64,000 bases of DNA, from the NCBI GenBank assembly GCA_020137815.1, contig CM035350.1:9486001-9550000 (forward strand), read 5' to 3'. A program made the position numbers and the translations under genes. The notes beneath the pieces were generated by a model. It had not been told where the DNA came from. It did not search any database and worked only from the letters and a program-made list of their open reading frames with translations. Source of the stretch: Hormiphora californensis. Taxonomy: Eukaryota; Animalia; Ctenophora. How positions within the stretch are numbered: position 1 is the first letter of the stretch; each line of letters starts with the position of its first letter. Below are positions 1 through 61,705 of this stretch, in pieces.

Positions 1-33181
<33,181 letters not shown>

Positions 33182-33353
33182 CAAGACAATTATATATATA
33201 TATTCATGTAAAATGTGTTTATTTAAATTTATTATCGCCCGACATCCATTTATGAAACAGTTTTATTTTTCCAATACTCTCCTTATCACAAGTTGGTAAC
33301 CAATAATAGTCCCAGCGTTATTTAATGTTTCCATCCATCTTGTAGACTCATTT

Positions 33354-48706
<15,353 letters not shown>

Positions 48707-49099
48707 GAGTGAGACACTTCTTGTGCTGTGTGAGTTACACATTGTACGAGAAATGAACTGTATTGATATGTGTGTAATTGCTAGGGTTGACAGAGTGTTC
48801 AGAGAGTGTTGTTTTGCTTTATTTGAGTTATGTTATATATTTATCAGACAGCTTTGAAACATTATTATATCGGAATGCGTTACTGTGTTGGTTATTTTTA
48901 ATCACTCAATTATTAAGCTGCACTCTTATCTGCAGCATAGCTCGCAAGCTACAAATAATGAGTGCGCGGCTTTGCATTTGCGCGTACGGCTGCGCGGCTC
49001 GGGATATAATAAAGCTCTAAAAATAAAATCAAAATTGAACCTTCGGTGTTGTTTACCACTTTGCAGGTTCACTCTGTGACCGATCGTGGTGTGCGTTTA

Positions 49100-49906
49100 T
49101 AAGGAACCATAATAAAGTTCAAGAGCCTCCAAGAGCACCCAAGAGCACACCCGATCGAAGAGAGACCACACCTGAGAGCGTACCACACCCAAAAGAGACC
49201 ACATCCAAGAGCGCACCACCTCCAGAAGACACCACTTCAAGAGCGCACCACATCAAAGTGGTGCAGAACTGGGCCAGCCCTGTGTGTTTGTGTGTGCGTG
49301 TGTGTGAGAATGTGTGTTTGTGTCTGTGTCCTATCGCGAAGGTGCTTGTTTTGACGCTGAGTTCTATTAAAAGCACAGCATCTTCGCGCGCGCGTGTGTG
49401 TCGCTTTGGTGACACGCGCGCGCGTTTTCTGAGATCTGAGAGAGAAGAGCGATTGGTGTTTTGAGAGTGAGTTTTCTTTTGTCGGAGCGAAGCAACTTTA
49501 AAAAGCGTGTGTTCTCTTAGTCAACTGAACTGTAACAATCCTTTACCGTTACTTTTACATTCACAAAAACAAAAGACAACGTGTTTACTTTCGACTTTAC
49601 GCTCCATACGTGTCACGAAACCACCCCAAGAACGTCCCTTTCCAAACACCCCCGATTGCCGTCCACTTTACACCAAAAGAGAGCTCCCCATCCAGAAGAT
49701 ACCACGCGCAGGGGACACCACGCGCAGAAGAGACCAGCGCGGCGTTGTATTTGCGCGTGCGGTCTCTTCTGCGCGTGGTGTCCCCTGCGTGCGGTATCTT
49801 CTGGATGGGGAGCTCTCTTTGATGTGGTGCGCTCTTGAAGTGGTGTCTTTTGGAGGTGGTGCGCTCTTGGATGGGGTGCGCTCTTGAACTTTATTATGGT
49901 TCCTTA
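49100..49906. mobile_element. ~800-bp MITE
   Basis: TIR TAAGGAACCATAATAAAGTTCAAGAGC plus inverted subterminal repeats; TSD ambiguous (TA or TTA). Confidence 0.8.
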
Positions 49907-50080
49907 TTATCTGAGACCCCGGTGTCGGATTGCTGTTAAAATTGAACCTTTTTTTTTACATTTGCATTTTCAAAATTTAATTTTCTGCCAACATTCGTTT
50001 CCGGTTTCCCGCCGGCCGCCTCCCAGTGTTGGGTAAGGGGTCAAGGAAGTGAGAAATTACATGTGTTACAGCTTTCGAAA

Positions 50081-50490
50081 TCAAACTGTGTCCAAAAATA
50101 ACGGTGCTAAGGTGTGAAAACCTTCACAGTAGGGCAGGGAGACCTGATCGCAGTCCTGGGCCAGGGCGGCTGCCTCGTTCAGGGCCCCTGAATCAGGGGG
50201 TGTGTATAGTGTAAGGGCAGAGCCCCCGCAAGCAGGGTCCAGGGGCTGCAAGGCTGCTGAGAAGGGTTTGTGAGCTACAACAACAGCAGCAGCCTTAATC
50301 AACGGGCTAAGGGCGGTTATACAATCCTCCGACACGATAATATGAGGGACCTTTGGGGGTGAGATTTGTTCATATGCCGGCCTCAAAGGTGTTGAAACCG
50401 AGAAGCTTCAACAACCATCTCCAGACGGTATCCAGTGTCCCCACTCCCCTACCCTCTTATATGCAGTGCAGTGGTTCTTCACTTGGAAAT
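50081..50490 (-). CDS. Possible terminal coding exon of an unidentified small gene, divergent from Derlin-1
   Basis: 101-aa non-repetitive ORF with coding-like composition (50386-50081). It can be extended to an acceptor GTCTCAG near 50491 only by assuming a 1-nt indel near 50387. No family recognised. Confidence 0.3.
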
Positions 50491-50645
50491 CTGAGACAGT
50501 TTCACAGCATATGAATAATGAAAGCATTGACTGCACGCGAGATTAGCACTTTGTAGGACACACGTGTTGTCAATCTGGCGCTCTGATTGGCCACGCTTGC
50601 ACGTCGTCTGACCGTGTTGAACCGATACTGTGTACATAAAACTGA

Positions 50646-51064
50646 TACCTTACTTACTGTATATTAGCGAACCTAAAATTAAGAATATGGCCAAAAAATA
50701 TTCTTAATTTTGTTATTCTTAATTTTAGAGTTCCTTATTTTTCTACAATCTTAATTTGCATTGCAAGACTATTTAAAGCAAAGCTTACAACTTCTTCCAC
50801 TCTGATAAGGGAAAGCGTATCATGGAGTGGCTGGAGAGCAGCTGTCATCATTGATGCGTTGAAGAGTGCACGTAGTGACAGTGTTGTAAATGATTTGGTT
50901 GACCCCTTTGCTTCAATGGCAATTTGAAACAAGTATAGATTGTATTTTAGCCTTTTCATCCAAATTTTGGTCATATTCTTCGCTAGAAAATTTATTCTTA
51001 ATTTTGTTATTCTTAATTTTAGAAGCGATAATTTACGGTTCGCTAATATACAGTAAGTAAGGTA
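50646..51064. mobile_element. ~420-bp MITE upstream of Derlin-1
   Basis: TIR TACCTTACTTACTGTATATTAGCGAACC..GGTTCGCTAATATACAGTAAGTAAGGTA. Confidence 0.75.
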
Positions 51065-51212
51065 ACGTATTCTCACTACAAGCACCCGTCATGATATCTG
51101 TTCCACCGTTTTTATAGGATTCTTAATGGAATTTTAGTACGGTCGGACCCCGATTCAATTTATTATGTTTATTGCTCTTATAATTCACATTCTCTCTCAC
51201 TCAGTGTAGGGG

Positions 51213-53079
51213 ATGGCTGAAACGGATATTGGGGCATGGTATAGTAACATTCCATTCTTCACAAAATGGTGGTTCACCCTAACCCTTCTCTGTACCCTTG
51301 GCGCTAACTTTGGAGTTCTACCTGGAAATCACATGCTCCTAGTTTGGGATCTCGTGGCATACAAATTCCAGGTAAGCAGTTATTGTGTGAGCGTCAGAGT
51401 GATATTTCATTAGATAGTGGGGAATGCTAACTGATTTACATACCCTTTTCTACCTCAGATAATGTATGAAATTTTGTCACATTTTAATATGTGATTTTAA
51501 CCCTTAATTTTCAGTTTTGGAGGATGGCTGGGTGTGTTTTCTTTATGGGACGCCTTGGTTTCCCCTTCCTTATTAACGTGTACTTCCTCTACAACTACTC
51601 TCTCCGTCTTGAGACAGGTAATAGTCAAGATATTAGTTAGTTATACCTGGAGAGATATGTAGTTGTTCAGTTGCTCCTGCTGTCAAAGTTTACTGAACAC
51701 TTGTAAAGTTAATACTAGATCTAGCATTGCTTGTCAGACACTGACTGTACATCGCGCAATCCTCGCTACGCAAGGCCGCTACGCGGCCTCACGTAGCCGC
51801 ACCGGGCCTTCGGCCCGGTGCGGAGAGGACGGTCTTATATGAGACAAAGCATTGCTGTATGATTATATACTATATCTTGACTGGACCCAGATTTATACTA
51901 TGGGGTATAATTATACGGTTTAGAGGCCCCAATTTGACTTGTTCGCCGATGGCCCGATGATTATACCATTTATAACACGAGACAGCAAGTTATTAGCCAA
52001 CATTCTGTAAACATAACGCATATGTTCATTATTTACTACGCAATTATTATATTTTATGAGACAAGATCCGGAACATGCAACATCTCAAAACGTCAATAAT
52101 TGTTTTCAGGGGTTTACGATGGGAAACCAGCAGATTACTGCTTTCTACTTATCTTCAACTGGCTGTGTCTTATCATCCTTGGCTTTATCATTCCCCTTAG
52201 GGTTAGTGTAATAGTAATTCCATCTCATTTTATTGTACAAACCATAGCTGAAGCGGGTCTGTTTAATACAATCAGTTTCCGACACAACAAATTTTCTTCC
52301 CAGATGATTGGAATGCCCCTCGTGATATCTGTCCTGTATGTGTGGTGCCAGGTTAATCACGAAACAGTTGTCCAATTCTGGTTTGGAACTCAGTTCAAGG
52401 CCATGTATCTGCCCTGGGCACTCGCTGGATTCAATGTTCTCCTTGGAGGAAAGTATGTAACGCGCCGTGTCAGACATTGAGATCACCTCGCGCGAGGGAA
52501 GGCTGAATATGCGCGCGCAGCAAACGTGTCCTTGTGTGCGTCTCAGTGGTGTGAGACCCGGCCAGATATCCAATGAGAGTCAAGTCATGATCTCAACGGA
52601 TCGAACATTGACACTCTGTCTAGTGGCTTACAGCGTGGTCAAATACTGGCAGTATTACCAATCTGGATTGTTCCCTAACCAACGTGTTTCAGTGGTATGA
52701 TGGAGCTGATAGGAATCTTTGTGGGTCACATATTCTTCTTCCTCAAGTACAAATACCCAATCGACTATGGTGGTGCATCGTTCCTTAACACCCCTCAAAT
52801 CCTGTAAGTAGTAATATGTGGCCACAATAAATTGAGTCAAACACAAGAAGCTCCATATCATACGCTTTCCAATTCTTTCCTTATTCGCCTTATTTCAACC
52901 TCAAAAGTCAGACTCGACAACTAATTGACATACAACTTCCACCCAGGTACAAATACTTCCCAAACCGGGGTGGTGGAGTGAGTGGATTTGGTCAGGCTCC
53001 TGCTACCCGTGCAGCACCAGCTGCCAACAACGGAGGGAGACACAACTGGGGTGGTGGCGGCAACAGGCTGGGCGATTAG
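51213..53079 (+). CDS. DERL1: Derlin-1 (ERAD rhomboid pseudoprotease), 6 exons
   Basis: Exons 51213-51371, 51515-51617, 52110-52201, 52304-52452, 52693-52803, 52947-53079, all phase-consistent. Motifs WYSNIPFFTKWWF, FQFWR, YNYSLRLETG.YDGKPADY, FWFGTQFKAMYLPW, VGHIFFFL, C-terminal SHP box HNWGGGGNRLG. Confidence 0.95.
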
Positions 53080-53233
53080 AAACCCTACCTACCCTGGGAT
53101 TATAGATCGATCAAGAAGGACAATTGAAACATTGTTAGTTTTTATTTAGCCCTCCCGTGTGATAGGCATGAGAAAGTTATGAATTTATGGTTGGGTACAA
53201 CATAATAAACAATAAATACACACACTATAGGGT

Positions 53234-56200
53234 TCAATATTTTCTTAAAAACTCTTCTCCATCGGCAATTATTTGTTCGTGTGACTTGGGTTGAGTGCAG
53301 TAGTATCCGTGAGTTGTCCAGTTATAGATCATCTTCACTTGAAAGGAGGGGGCGACCCTGTGGAATATCTTTGCGTTCTTGTCCCCACAGAACCTGGGAA
53401 TGAGATGTACTGAGATGTACTGAGATGTACTGAGAGGTACTGAGATGTACTGAGAGGTACTGGTGGTGCCTGATTCTATGAAAAATTGAGAAATCTCGGA
53501 ACACAATTCTAGCCATTTAGTCAGATCGAGACTGGCGTTTTGGCACTGTTAGGAATGGCCGACACTAACAATTTTTTTGTTAGTGTTTTTTGTTAGTGAC
53601 GTCACTAACAAAAAATTGTTAGTGTTTTCACTAACAAAAAACACTAACAAAAAAATTGTTAGTGTTTTCACTAACAAATTTCACTAACAAAAATTTTGTT
53701 AGTGTTTTCACTAACAATTTTCACTAACAAAAATTTTGTTAGTGTTTTCACTAACAATTTTCACTAACAAAAATTTTGTTAGTGTTTCTAATTGGGAATG
53801 GGGTGATGGTTATGAGATACGAGTCAGGGACGCCTTATTGGCAGTGTGAGACGATACGGGTTCTGGAACATGATTGGGTGAAGCTTATTAGGATGGTTAG
53901 GCGACATGAGACACGATTCGGGGAAGGTTTTCTTCGTTTTTCTAGTAACGATACATGGAAGATAAAGATATTTGTGAGTAGACAAGGAATTTCAAGAGAA
54001 TATAACTAAAAACACAAATCAAATAACTTGTCCACATTTAGTTGCCCTGTCCAACAATTGGAGTACAATACGAACCGATTACCCCACCATATGATCTTAT
54101 CACCTTGCCATACCACACCATATGATCCATCAATCCGATTATCAAACAGACCGATTACCACTGCACTTGAGGTATCACATATCGTCATGAGGCACACTGA
54201 ATCGTGAGCAGTATCCCGTATCGGTTGATGTTGTAAGAGGTTCCACTGCTAATGAGGTACACCGAATCGTGAGCAGTATCCCATATCAGTTGATATTATA
54301 TTAGCGGTTCCACCGCTAATGAGGTACACCGAATCGTGAGCACTGAAAACCGACACGGGATACTGCTCACGATTCGGTGTACCTCATTAGCAGCGGAACC
54401 TCTTACAACATCAACCGATACGGGATACTGCTCACGATTCAGTGTGCCTCATGACGATATGTGATACCTCAAGTGCAGTGGTAATCGGTCTGTTTGATAA
54501 TCGGATCGATGGATCATATGGTTCGTGTGGCAGGGTGATAAGATCATATGGTGGGGTAATCGGTTCATATTGTACTCCAATTGTTGGACAGAGCAACTAA
54601 ATGTAGACAAGTTATTTGATTTGTGTTTTTAGTTTTATTCTCTTGAAATTCCTTGTCTACTCACAAATATCTTTATCTTCCATGTATCGTTACTAGAAAA
54701 ACGAAGAAAACCTTCCCCGAATCGTGTCTCATGTCGCCTAACCATCCTAATAAGCTTCACCCAATCATGTTCCAGAACCCGTATCGTCTCACACTGCCAA
54801 TAAGGCGTCCCTGACTCGTATCTCATAACCATCACCCCATTCGGCATTCCCAATTAGAAACACTAACAAAATTTTTGTTAGTGAAAATTGTTAGTGAAAA
54901 CACTAACAAAATTTTTGTTAGTGAAATTTGTTAGTGAAAACACTAACAATTTTTTTGTTAGTGTTTTTTGTTAGTGAAAACACTAACAATTTTTTTGTTA
55001 GTGACGTCACTAACAAAAAACACTAACAAAAAAATTGTTAGTGTCGGCCATTCCTAACAGTGCCGGCGTTTTTCTAATAATTGTACCTGTCATACTGCTT
55101 GCTGTACGTTTTGGGGATGTCTACTGGCTTGATGCCAAGTCTGTCCGCCAGTGCCCCCACAAAAGCATCCTCTATACGGAATGCCACGACTTTGTTAGCA
55201 GAGTTAAAGTTGATAATGTCTCTAGCCGCTCTGGAGGGGGTAATGTAAGAGTTACCATCTTTATGGTTTTCTTGTACCCTATTCATGAATAATCAGTGTT
55301 GTTTCAAGTGCTCTGTTGGCATTTGAGACTTGGTTGAATTGTTCATACAGTGTCAGGCGACTCAAATATGAAATACTCGGTGGAATTTATCTCTCAACTC
55401 ATGATGTCCCTACTTGATGTTCATGATGTAGGCGCCTCCTACAAGATAGGGAGCGAAATACTCCTCTGCATATTCCCACTTCTCAATGCCCCACTGTCCC
55501 TCTCTCAGAACATCACGGGGCCCCTTTCGAATCATCCCTGAAAAACACACATACCTTAGATTCATTATGTACGCTCCCCCCACAAGGAAAGGTGGTAGTT
55601 GGTCGTCGGGGTACTCCCATCTCTCTACAGCCCACTGTCCCTCCCGGTTAGCGGGGCGCGGGCCCTTTCTAACCATACCTAGGTATACCAACATGATACA
55701 GTCGAACCAAGGTGCTGCTATATCCCCCAGCCCAATTCCATCTATTTACCCTCTTACCTCCATAGTAGGGTAATCCATTATCAGTAAACTTTGGTTTGAT
55801 ATAGGTAAAGAGGAAATCAAAGAGAAGCCTCTGATTGATAAAAGTATCATCATCCACCTTCATAACAAACTCAAATGAGTACCGCTCCACTGCATACCTG
55901 TTGTATGTATAGGGTAAACCGGGGCAAAATGGTTAACTTTTTACTTAATCGGTTCTCACCCCCGTTTAAAAAAAGATAAGATAAGAAATGAGTACCGCTC
56001 CACTGCATACCTGTTGAATACGTGTGCCGTTTAAATCAAATATCAGGTCTGAGATTTTAAAACAAATGTGTTTTCTAAATTTCTGTTACTCAACAATTTC
56101 TCTGAGAAGCTGTCTGACGCCGTGACCCCTTCTGAGAATCAAATTGGGGTCTGGCGCCGTCAGAGATATCCTATGAATGTGAGATGTGAGCATTATTTAC

Positions 56201-57314
56201 CTCAGCAGCCAGATAGTCTTGTACACCAAGTTCTCATAAGTATCCTCAAAATCCCCAATCAACAAGTCATTCTCCTCTGCTGCTTCTTCTTTCAGTACCT
56301 CCCTGGCCTCAACATCTCCCGGCCAACCAACCACAAAAGCGTAGTTGACCTTGTAGGATGATCTCTTTTGGAAGACCCACGGGTGTGTTAGGTAGCTCTC
56401 CTTTCTCAGCTGGTCCCTGAAGTTTCTGTTGCCTGGTGCTGTCATGGGGGAGGTGCGTGATTACTGATGTTGCCTGGTGCTGCGGTGGGGGAGGTGCGTG
56501 ATTACTGTTGCCTGGTGCTGTCATGGGGGAGGTTCGTGATTTTGAGGGGGCTGCGGGGGAGGTGTGTGATTACTGTTGCCTGGTGCTGCAGTGGGGGAGG
56601 TGTGTGATAATTACTGATTTTGAGGGGGCTGGGGGAGGTGTGTGATTACTGATTTTGAGGGGGCTGGGGGAGGTGTGTGATTACTGATTTTGAGGGGGCT
56701 GGGGGAGGTGTGTGATTTTGAGGGAAGTAGGAGTTGTGTAGTTTACATCCAACCCTTCTTTACTACTTCGCTTTCTTTCAAAGAGAGTGGGAGAGAGAGA
56801 GTGAGATTGAGAAAATTGAAGAAGGGTGTACAATTACAAACTAAGTTGGAGTTTGAATGTTTTGAGTGGTTTTTGAAAGTATATAATTGCAATATGAAGT
56901 CATATATATTATTGTTATTTGAACAAAATACCTGTTATGATAAGAATTAGAATTTCAGTTTGTATTTTTGGGGATATAGAGTCCAGTTCCGATATCCGGT
57001 CTGTCACCGTGTGTGTGGTGTCAAGAGAATGGGCGAGATCTGATATACCGACACACGTCGACTCAATTTTCTGAGGGGGTTATAAAATATAAAGAGATAC
57101 ATGACGTAACAACACAGGCAATGTACAGGATCCAATTATTTTCTGCAGTGGCTGGGTCTCAATTGCCAGTCTGTCCATTCGGGCTCGCGTAAGGTGTGAG
57201 AGCCGACAGACGGGGAACATGTCAAGTGTTCCAAACTTGAATTACCTGTTTTAGTTGAACAATAATTAACCAAAGGGATAACAAAGTTAAAAGTAGAAGA
57301 AGAAATTGTCGCAT
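53234..57314 (-). CDS. GT31 family beta-1,3-galactosyl/GlcNAc-transferase, type II membrane protein, with a duplicated alternative exon
   Basis: Exons (minus strand) 57314-57246 (signal anchor MRQFLLLLLTLLSLWLIIVQLKQ), 57070-56932, 56438-56201, 55897-55758, [55678-55555 or 55537-55414], 55230-55087, 53393-53234. GT31 motifs ILIITAPGN..R..LR, FVVG, DLLIGDFEDTYENLVYKT, MKVDDDTF, P(F/Y)LVGGAYIM, EDAFVG.LA..LGI. Confidence 0.9.
53542..55064. mobile_element. Foldback non-autonomous DNA transposon, Merlin- or MULE-like, in the last GT31 intron
   Basis: ~710-740-bp inverted arms; termini GGCACTGTTAGG..CCTAACAGTGCC; 8-bp TSD GGCGTTTT; subterminal CACTAACAA/TTGTTAGTG arrays. Confidence 0.9.
56430..56725. 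repeat. Degenerate tandem array over the GT31 exon 3 acceptor
   Basis: Several copies of CAG|CACCAGGCAAC and AATCACACACCTCCCCC on the minus strand. Confidence 0.85.
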
Positions 57315-59448
57315 TGTAAGCACTGAACCTAATGCTGCAGTAGCTGAACTCCCCATGAATGTCTCCCAGTCATCTCATACTACATACTTGTACTGATTAG
57401 TGATTACAACATGAATAGACGCAGAAAACATCCCACTGCACAACTATTTCAGACAGACTATAAATTAAAAAAGCAGGGCGACTACAGCTGAAGTGGGTGT
57501 GACTGTGTGTGTGTGTAAGAGGGTTGGTATGTGTGGAGCATCATTAGGGATCGGTGTTAAGTTTCAACCTAATCACATGAAGAGACGACCACCTTGTATT
57601 ACTGGGAGACGCCGGCAAGGGCCTGTGAAGTGCAATGTACAGAAGAAGAGGGCTGCCGGCCGGGATTCTTAGATTTGGGCAGGGAGCATGTTTTAGGTGC
57701 ATTTTCAGTCATGTATGTAGTACACAATGATTAATGAACACATTGAGTTGTTGCCACTATAATGCTTCATCAACAAGTTACAAGTAAAATTTATAATGCT
57801 TCATCAACAAGTAAATTTACAATTGTACAGAACTCACACGGCAGAACAAAAGGAGTATGAGACGTGTAACTGCAGCTGTACCACTAAACAAAGGGCAAAA
57901 CACTATTACAGCTCTCCTTTCACCGGGACACAACCCCGGCAACTCCCTAGCCGCTGGAACATTTCAAATAAAGGGGAGTTACAGCGGGAGCCGCGAGAGA
58001 GGGAGCAAGATATTGTTTGGTTTGGGAGTCAATTAGATACAGTGTGTGTGCTGCTGCTGTAGACAAAATATGTAGGATGTGAATTGACTAGCCCCCATCT
58101 CTGTGTGTCTGCAGCTGCTGCAGCCCTATGAAGGCAAACGGAAGCATCGTGACGCCACAGCTAAAATGTGTCCTGGCACAAACCGTGCAGATTTGGGTGA
58201 TCGTGCGCGGCGTAAGCGTGTTTCTGCTCTGCGCCAGATATCTATATTTGGTGTCATCGCGCGTTCCGTATCAAAGAACCTGCTAGTATTATGGAACCTG
58301 TGCTTGAGGACAGCTGCAGCAAGGGAGAAAGCGGAGAGGTTGGTGACTCCTTACTTCAGCTTCCAAGCCTCAAGTCCCGATGACGTATCAAATGATCCTT
58401 GGTCAGTTCCGAGGTACCCAGCTTCCCTTCCATGACATAATCGTGTAACTGTGTCACTGCCAGTTTTGGACTGCGAGAAGTCAAAAGATTTAAACTTTTG
58501 ACACTCGTCATTGTCACACCGGCCACCCGTTACTATTTACTGAACTGCATCCAGTCTGGATTCCAGAATGAATAGTATTCTAGAGCATATTCAAATGACA
58601 TAACCCTCAGCCACTCGCCAGATGCCAGATACCTAAATAAAGAGCGATTCAAATACATGTTGAAAGAGTTACAGTGCTAAATTTCCCTTGCATGACATAA
58701 TATGACAGGAAAACAGATGAGAGATATGAAGGGAAATACAAGTGCCTGGAAGCAGAAAACATGGAGCCGCGTTCAAACCTGGGATATGATGGTATTTAAC
58801 AGATATGTTTGCTGTCAACTCATGTCAGATTAATCGGTTGATCATCAGCTCTTGTCTAGTTTGAACCAGCAGACCATGTCTCGAGTCTGAAGCAGACATG
58901 TTTCTCCAGATTCATGATTACCCGTCGTGGGCGTATGTCCTTATCTTTAAAGTTCTATTTCTGTACAGTACGTTATTAATACCGCTTGTCATTTCTTGAG
59001 GAAACATAACGCTTCAAGACAAGGTCCTTGTCACATGGTATCCTCTTCTCCGGCTCCCTCAAGTTCATCTCAATCTAAAAAGAGCCCACATTTTTCCGAG
59101 AAGTTGTAACCCTTATAATTATTAGTCTGGCACTCCCTTCATCTCTCTACCTGCAGGTCCCATCCCGACTTCAATTGTTTCGTGAAAGTTGGAGCAACCG
59201 TCCCTGGTCTGTAAGCGTGTTAGGTCCTAAAAATCTTCCCTATTCCTCGAACATTCTCTCTCGTTTTATGTCTCCGAAGCCCTGCATTCAATGATTTCTT
59301 AGTCACCCCCTGTCTGAAGCTGCTATCTCTTCGTCTTAACTGCACTTGACTCAAAGCTGAATCCACTCTCTGTCGTTTCCTTCCTTTCCTTCCCTCACCC
59401 TTCCTTCCTTCTCTCCCTTCCTCCCTAATCCCTATATCTTCCACCCAA

Positions 59449-59527
<79 letters not shown>

Positions 59528-60493
59528 CGTCTCCAAGGGCGCTTCACACCACTGTAACTTCATTGTTCTGCACTGACCCCCTCCCTCTTCACACTCCCCC
59601 ACACCCCAGGGGAGGGGGGAGAAGGGACATTGTTGCTTCCAACGCAGCCTAGGAGACCAATGGAAAGATTAGACTTTGAGCGATATGAGATTGGGTAGCC
59701 GGCGTCTGCAGCACATATATATTCACAATACCCCCCTCAATATGTGGGTGGGTGATTGTGGTGTAATCAGTTCGTCTCTCCCACGCGCTACTCGTACTGA
59801 GGGAGGGGGTCCACTGCATAAATAGAGCTTCCCATCTAGCCATTCCCTCCCCCACCCACCATCCCACGTGCTATTTAATAGGCGACATGACGGGATGGTA
59901 ACGGTGCGATTAGGCTACTTCTGGGCTACTTCGATTACTGAAGAGGTATAAATATACTACTGGACTTGCTCTGTTCAGTTGAAACAAGTCCGCAGCATTC
60001 ATTGGCTTTCTTTTCTAGATTAAACCAGTACCTTGCGTCATACCGAATGCTCATTATCCATGCGTCCTCACATTATATTATTTAATGTCCTACCCATTCG
60101 TGATCTGTTCGCTAACTACTCGAACTATCAATTAGTTAAAATGGGAGAACTTTTTAAACGTTCGATATGCATTAAATATTAAATCATCCCAGTTGCGATT
60201 GCTTGGTTTTAAGTTTATAAATAAAATAGTGTATAAGGGCTGCATTATATACAGGGACTTGAGGGGGGAAACTGTCATCCTTTCCTCCCCGATGACCCTA
60301 TCATTATCTCCTTAAATTCCTTAATCATCTCTCTCTCGCTCCCATTTCCTCCTTTTCTCTTTTTATAAGTAGATTTCCATTATCGTTCTATGCGCTATAA
60401 ATAAAGTAGCTCTGAGTTCTGTGTTGTACTTGTGTCTTACGCCACTCGACCATTAACTACACATGGGTGGATGAGTTAAGTAGAAAGAGAAGG

Positions 60494-60593
<100 letters not shown>

Positions 60594-60698
60594 CGGTAAG
60601 AGACATGGAATAAGGAAAGCTCTGAATGATAGACTATAGAGGGATAGAAGAAAAGGAGAAAAAGAAACTATCCCTAACCACCAGATGGCTTTTACATA

Positions 60699-60860
<162 letters not shown>

Positions 60861-61041
60861 CTCTATCTATCTCTTGTTGCGTACATGTGCTCTTCTCGAT
60901 CTTTCTAGATTCCTAAACAAGCTCGAAACATATGGTTTCTATTACTTCTCTTAGGCACTGTGCTGCCCTGTCCCTTGTTATGCCGCATGTCACAGACCAC
61001 CAATGCCGCATATCACAGACCACCAATGAGGATACTCAATC

Positions 61042-61199
61042 GGGACTGTACACTGTCACATGGCCAAGTCTCGCCGACTGGGACAGCATAGTTCCAGATC
61101 ATCGGAATCACCACCAGATCCCAAATGGATGATCCGGCACTACACCTACTATCCCGATCGGCGAGACTTGGCTGTGTGACTGTTTAGTTTTTAAGTCCC
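61042..61199. mobile_element. Degenerate small MITE
   Basis: Imperfect inverted repeat GTCACATGGCCAAGTCTCGCCGA..TCGGCGAGACTTGGCTGTGTGAC. Confidence 0.55.
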
Positions 61200-61705
61200 A
61201 GATAACCCGAACTAAACCAATGGATATCGTTCAAGTTAAAGAGCTAGAGCACCATTTGCTGCAATGAAACCCATTTGCAACATTTGCAATCCGTACAGCC
61301 TGATGCAATTACGCGGTGATTGGGTACATGATACTGCACGTCACACACTCATGTGTACACCTGGAGACACATGTCACACACACACAGGGGCCCTATATAT
61401 CAGTTCACGTGGTGTGACTTAATCCATCTTGTGCGTGTGTGCATACCGACCCGGTGTTCCCCCTTATCTGTACACACACAAATCGTGTATATATATCTGG
61501 TCCTATATTGTATCACATATCTCCATTTATCCAGTTACTTCATTTGCAGTCTTTGCAGCTTGTAGCAACCAGTTTTGGCATGATTGTTAATGTTGTTATG
61601 AGTTTTTAACGTGACAGGCTCGCATACGGCGGTGCCTCACCCCCCTCTCTGAACCGATCGTCCGGTGCAGTGGTATGTAATGTTCTTGGGACCGCTCCAG
61701 TATCT

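Noticed and set aside
50586-50595. ATTGGCCACG, resembling ERSE-II upstream of Derlin-1
   Set aside because: Lacks the 1-nt spacer of the ATTGG-N-CCACG consensus and is short enough to occur by chance.
58856-58982. Chain of 22- and 35-nt micro-introns extending the minus-strand candidate gene
   Set aside because: Much shorter than any well-supported intron in the window; the phase fit could be chance.
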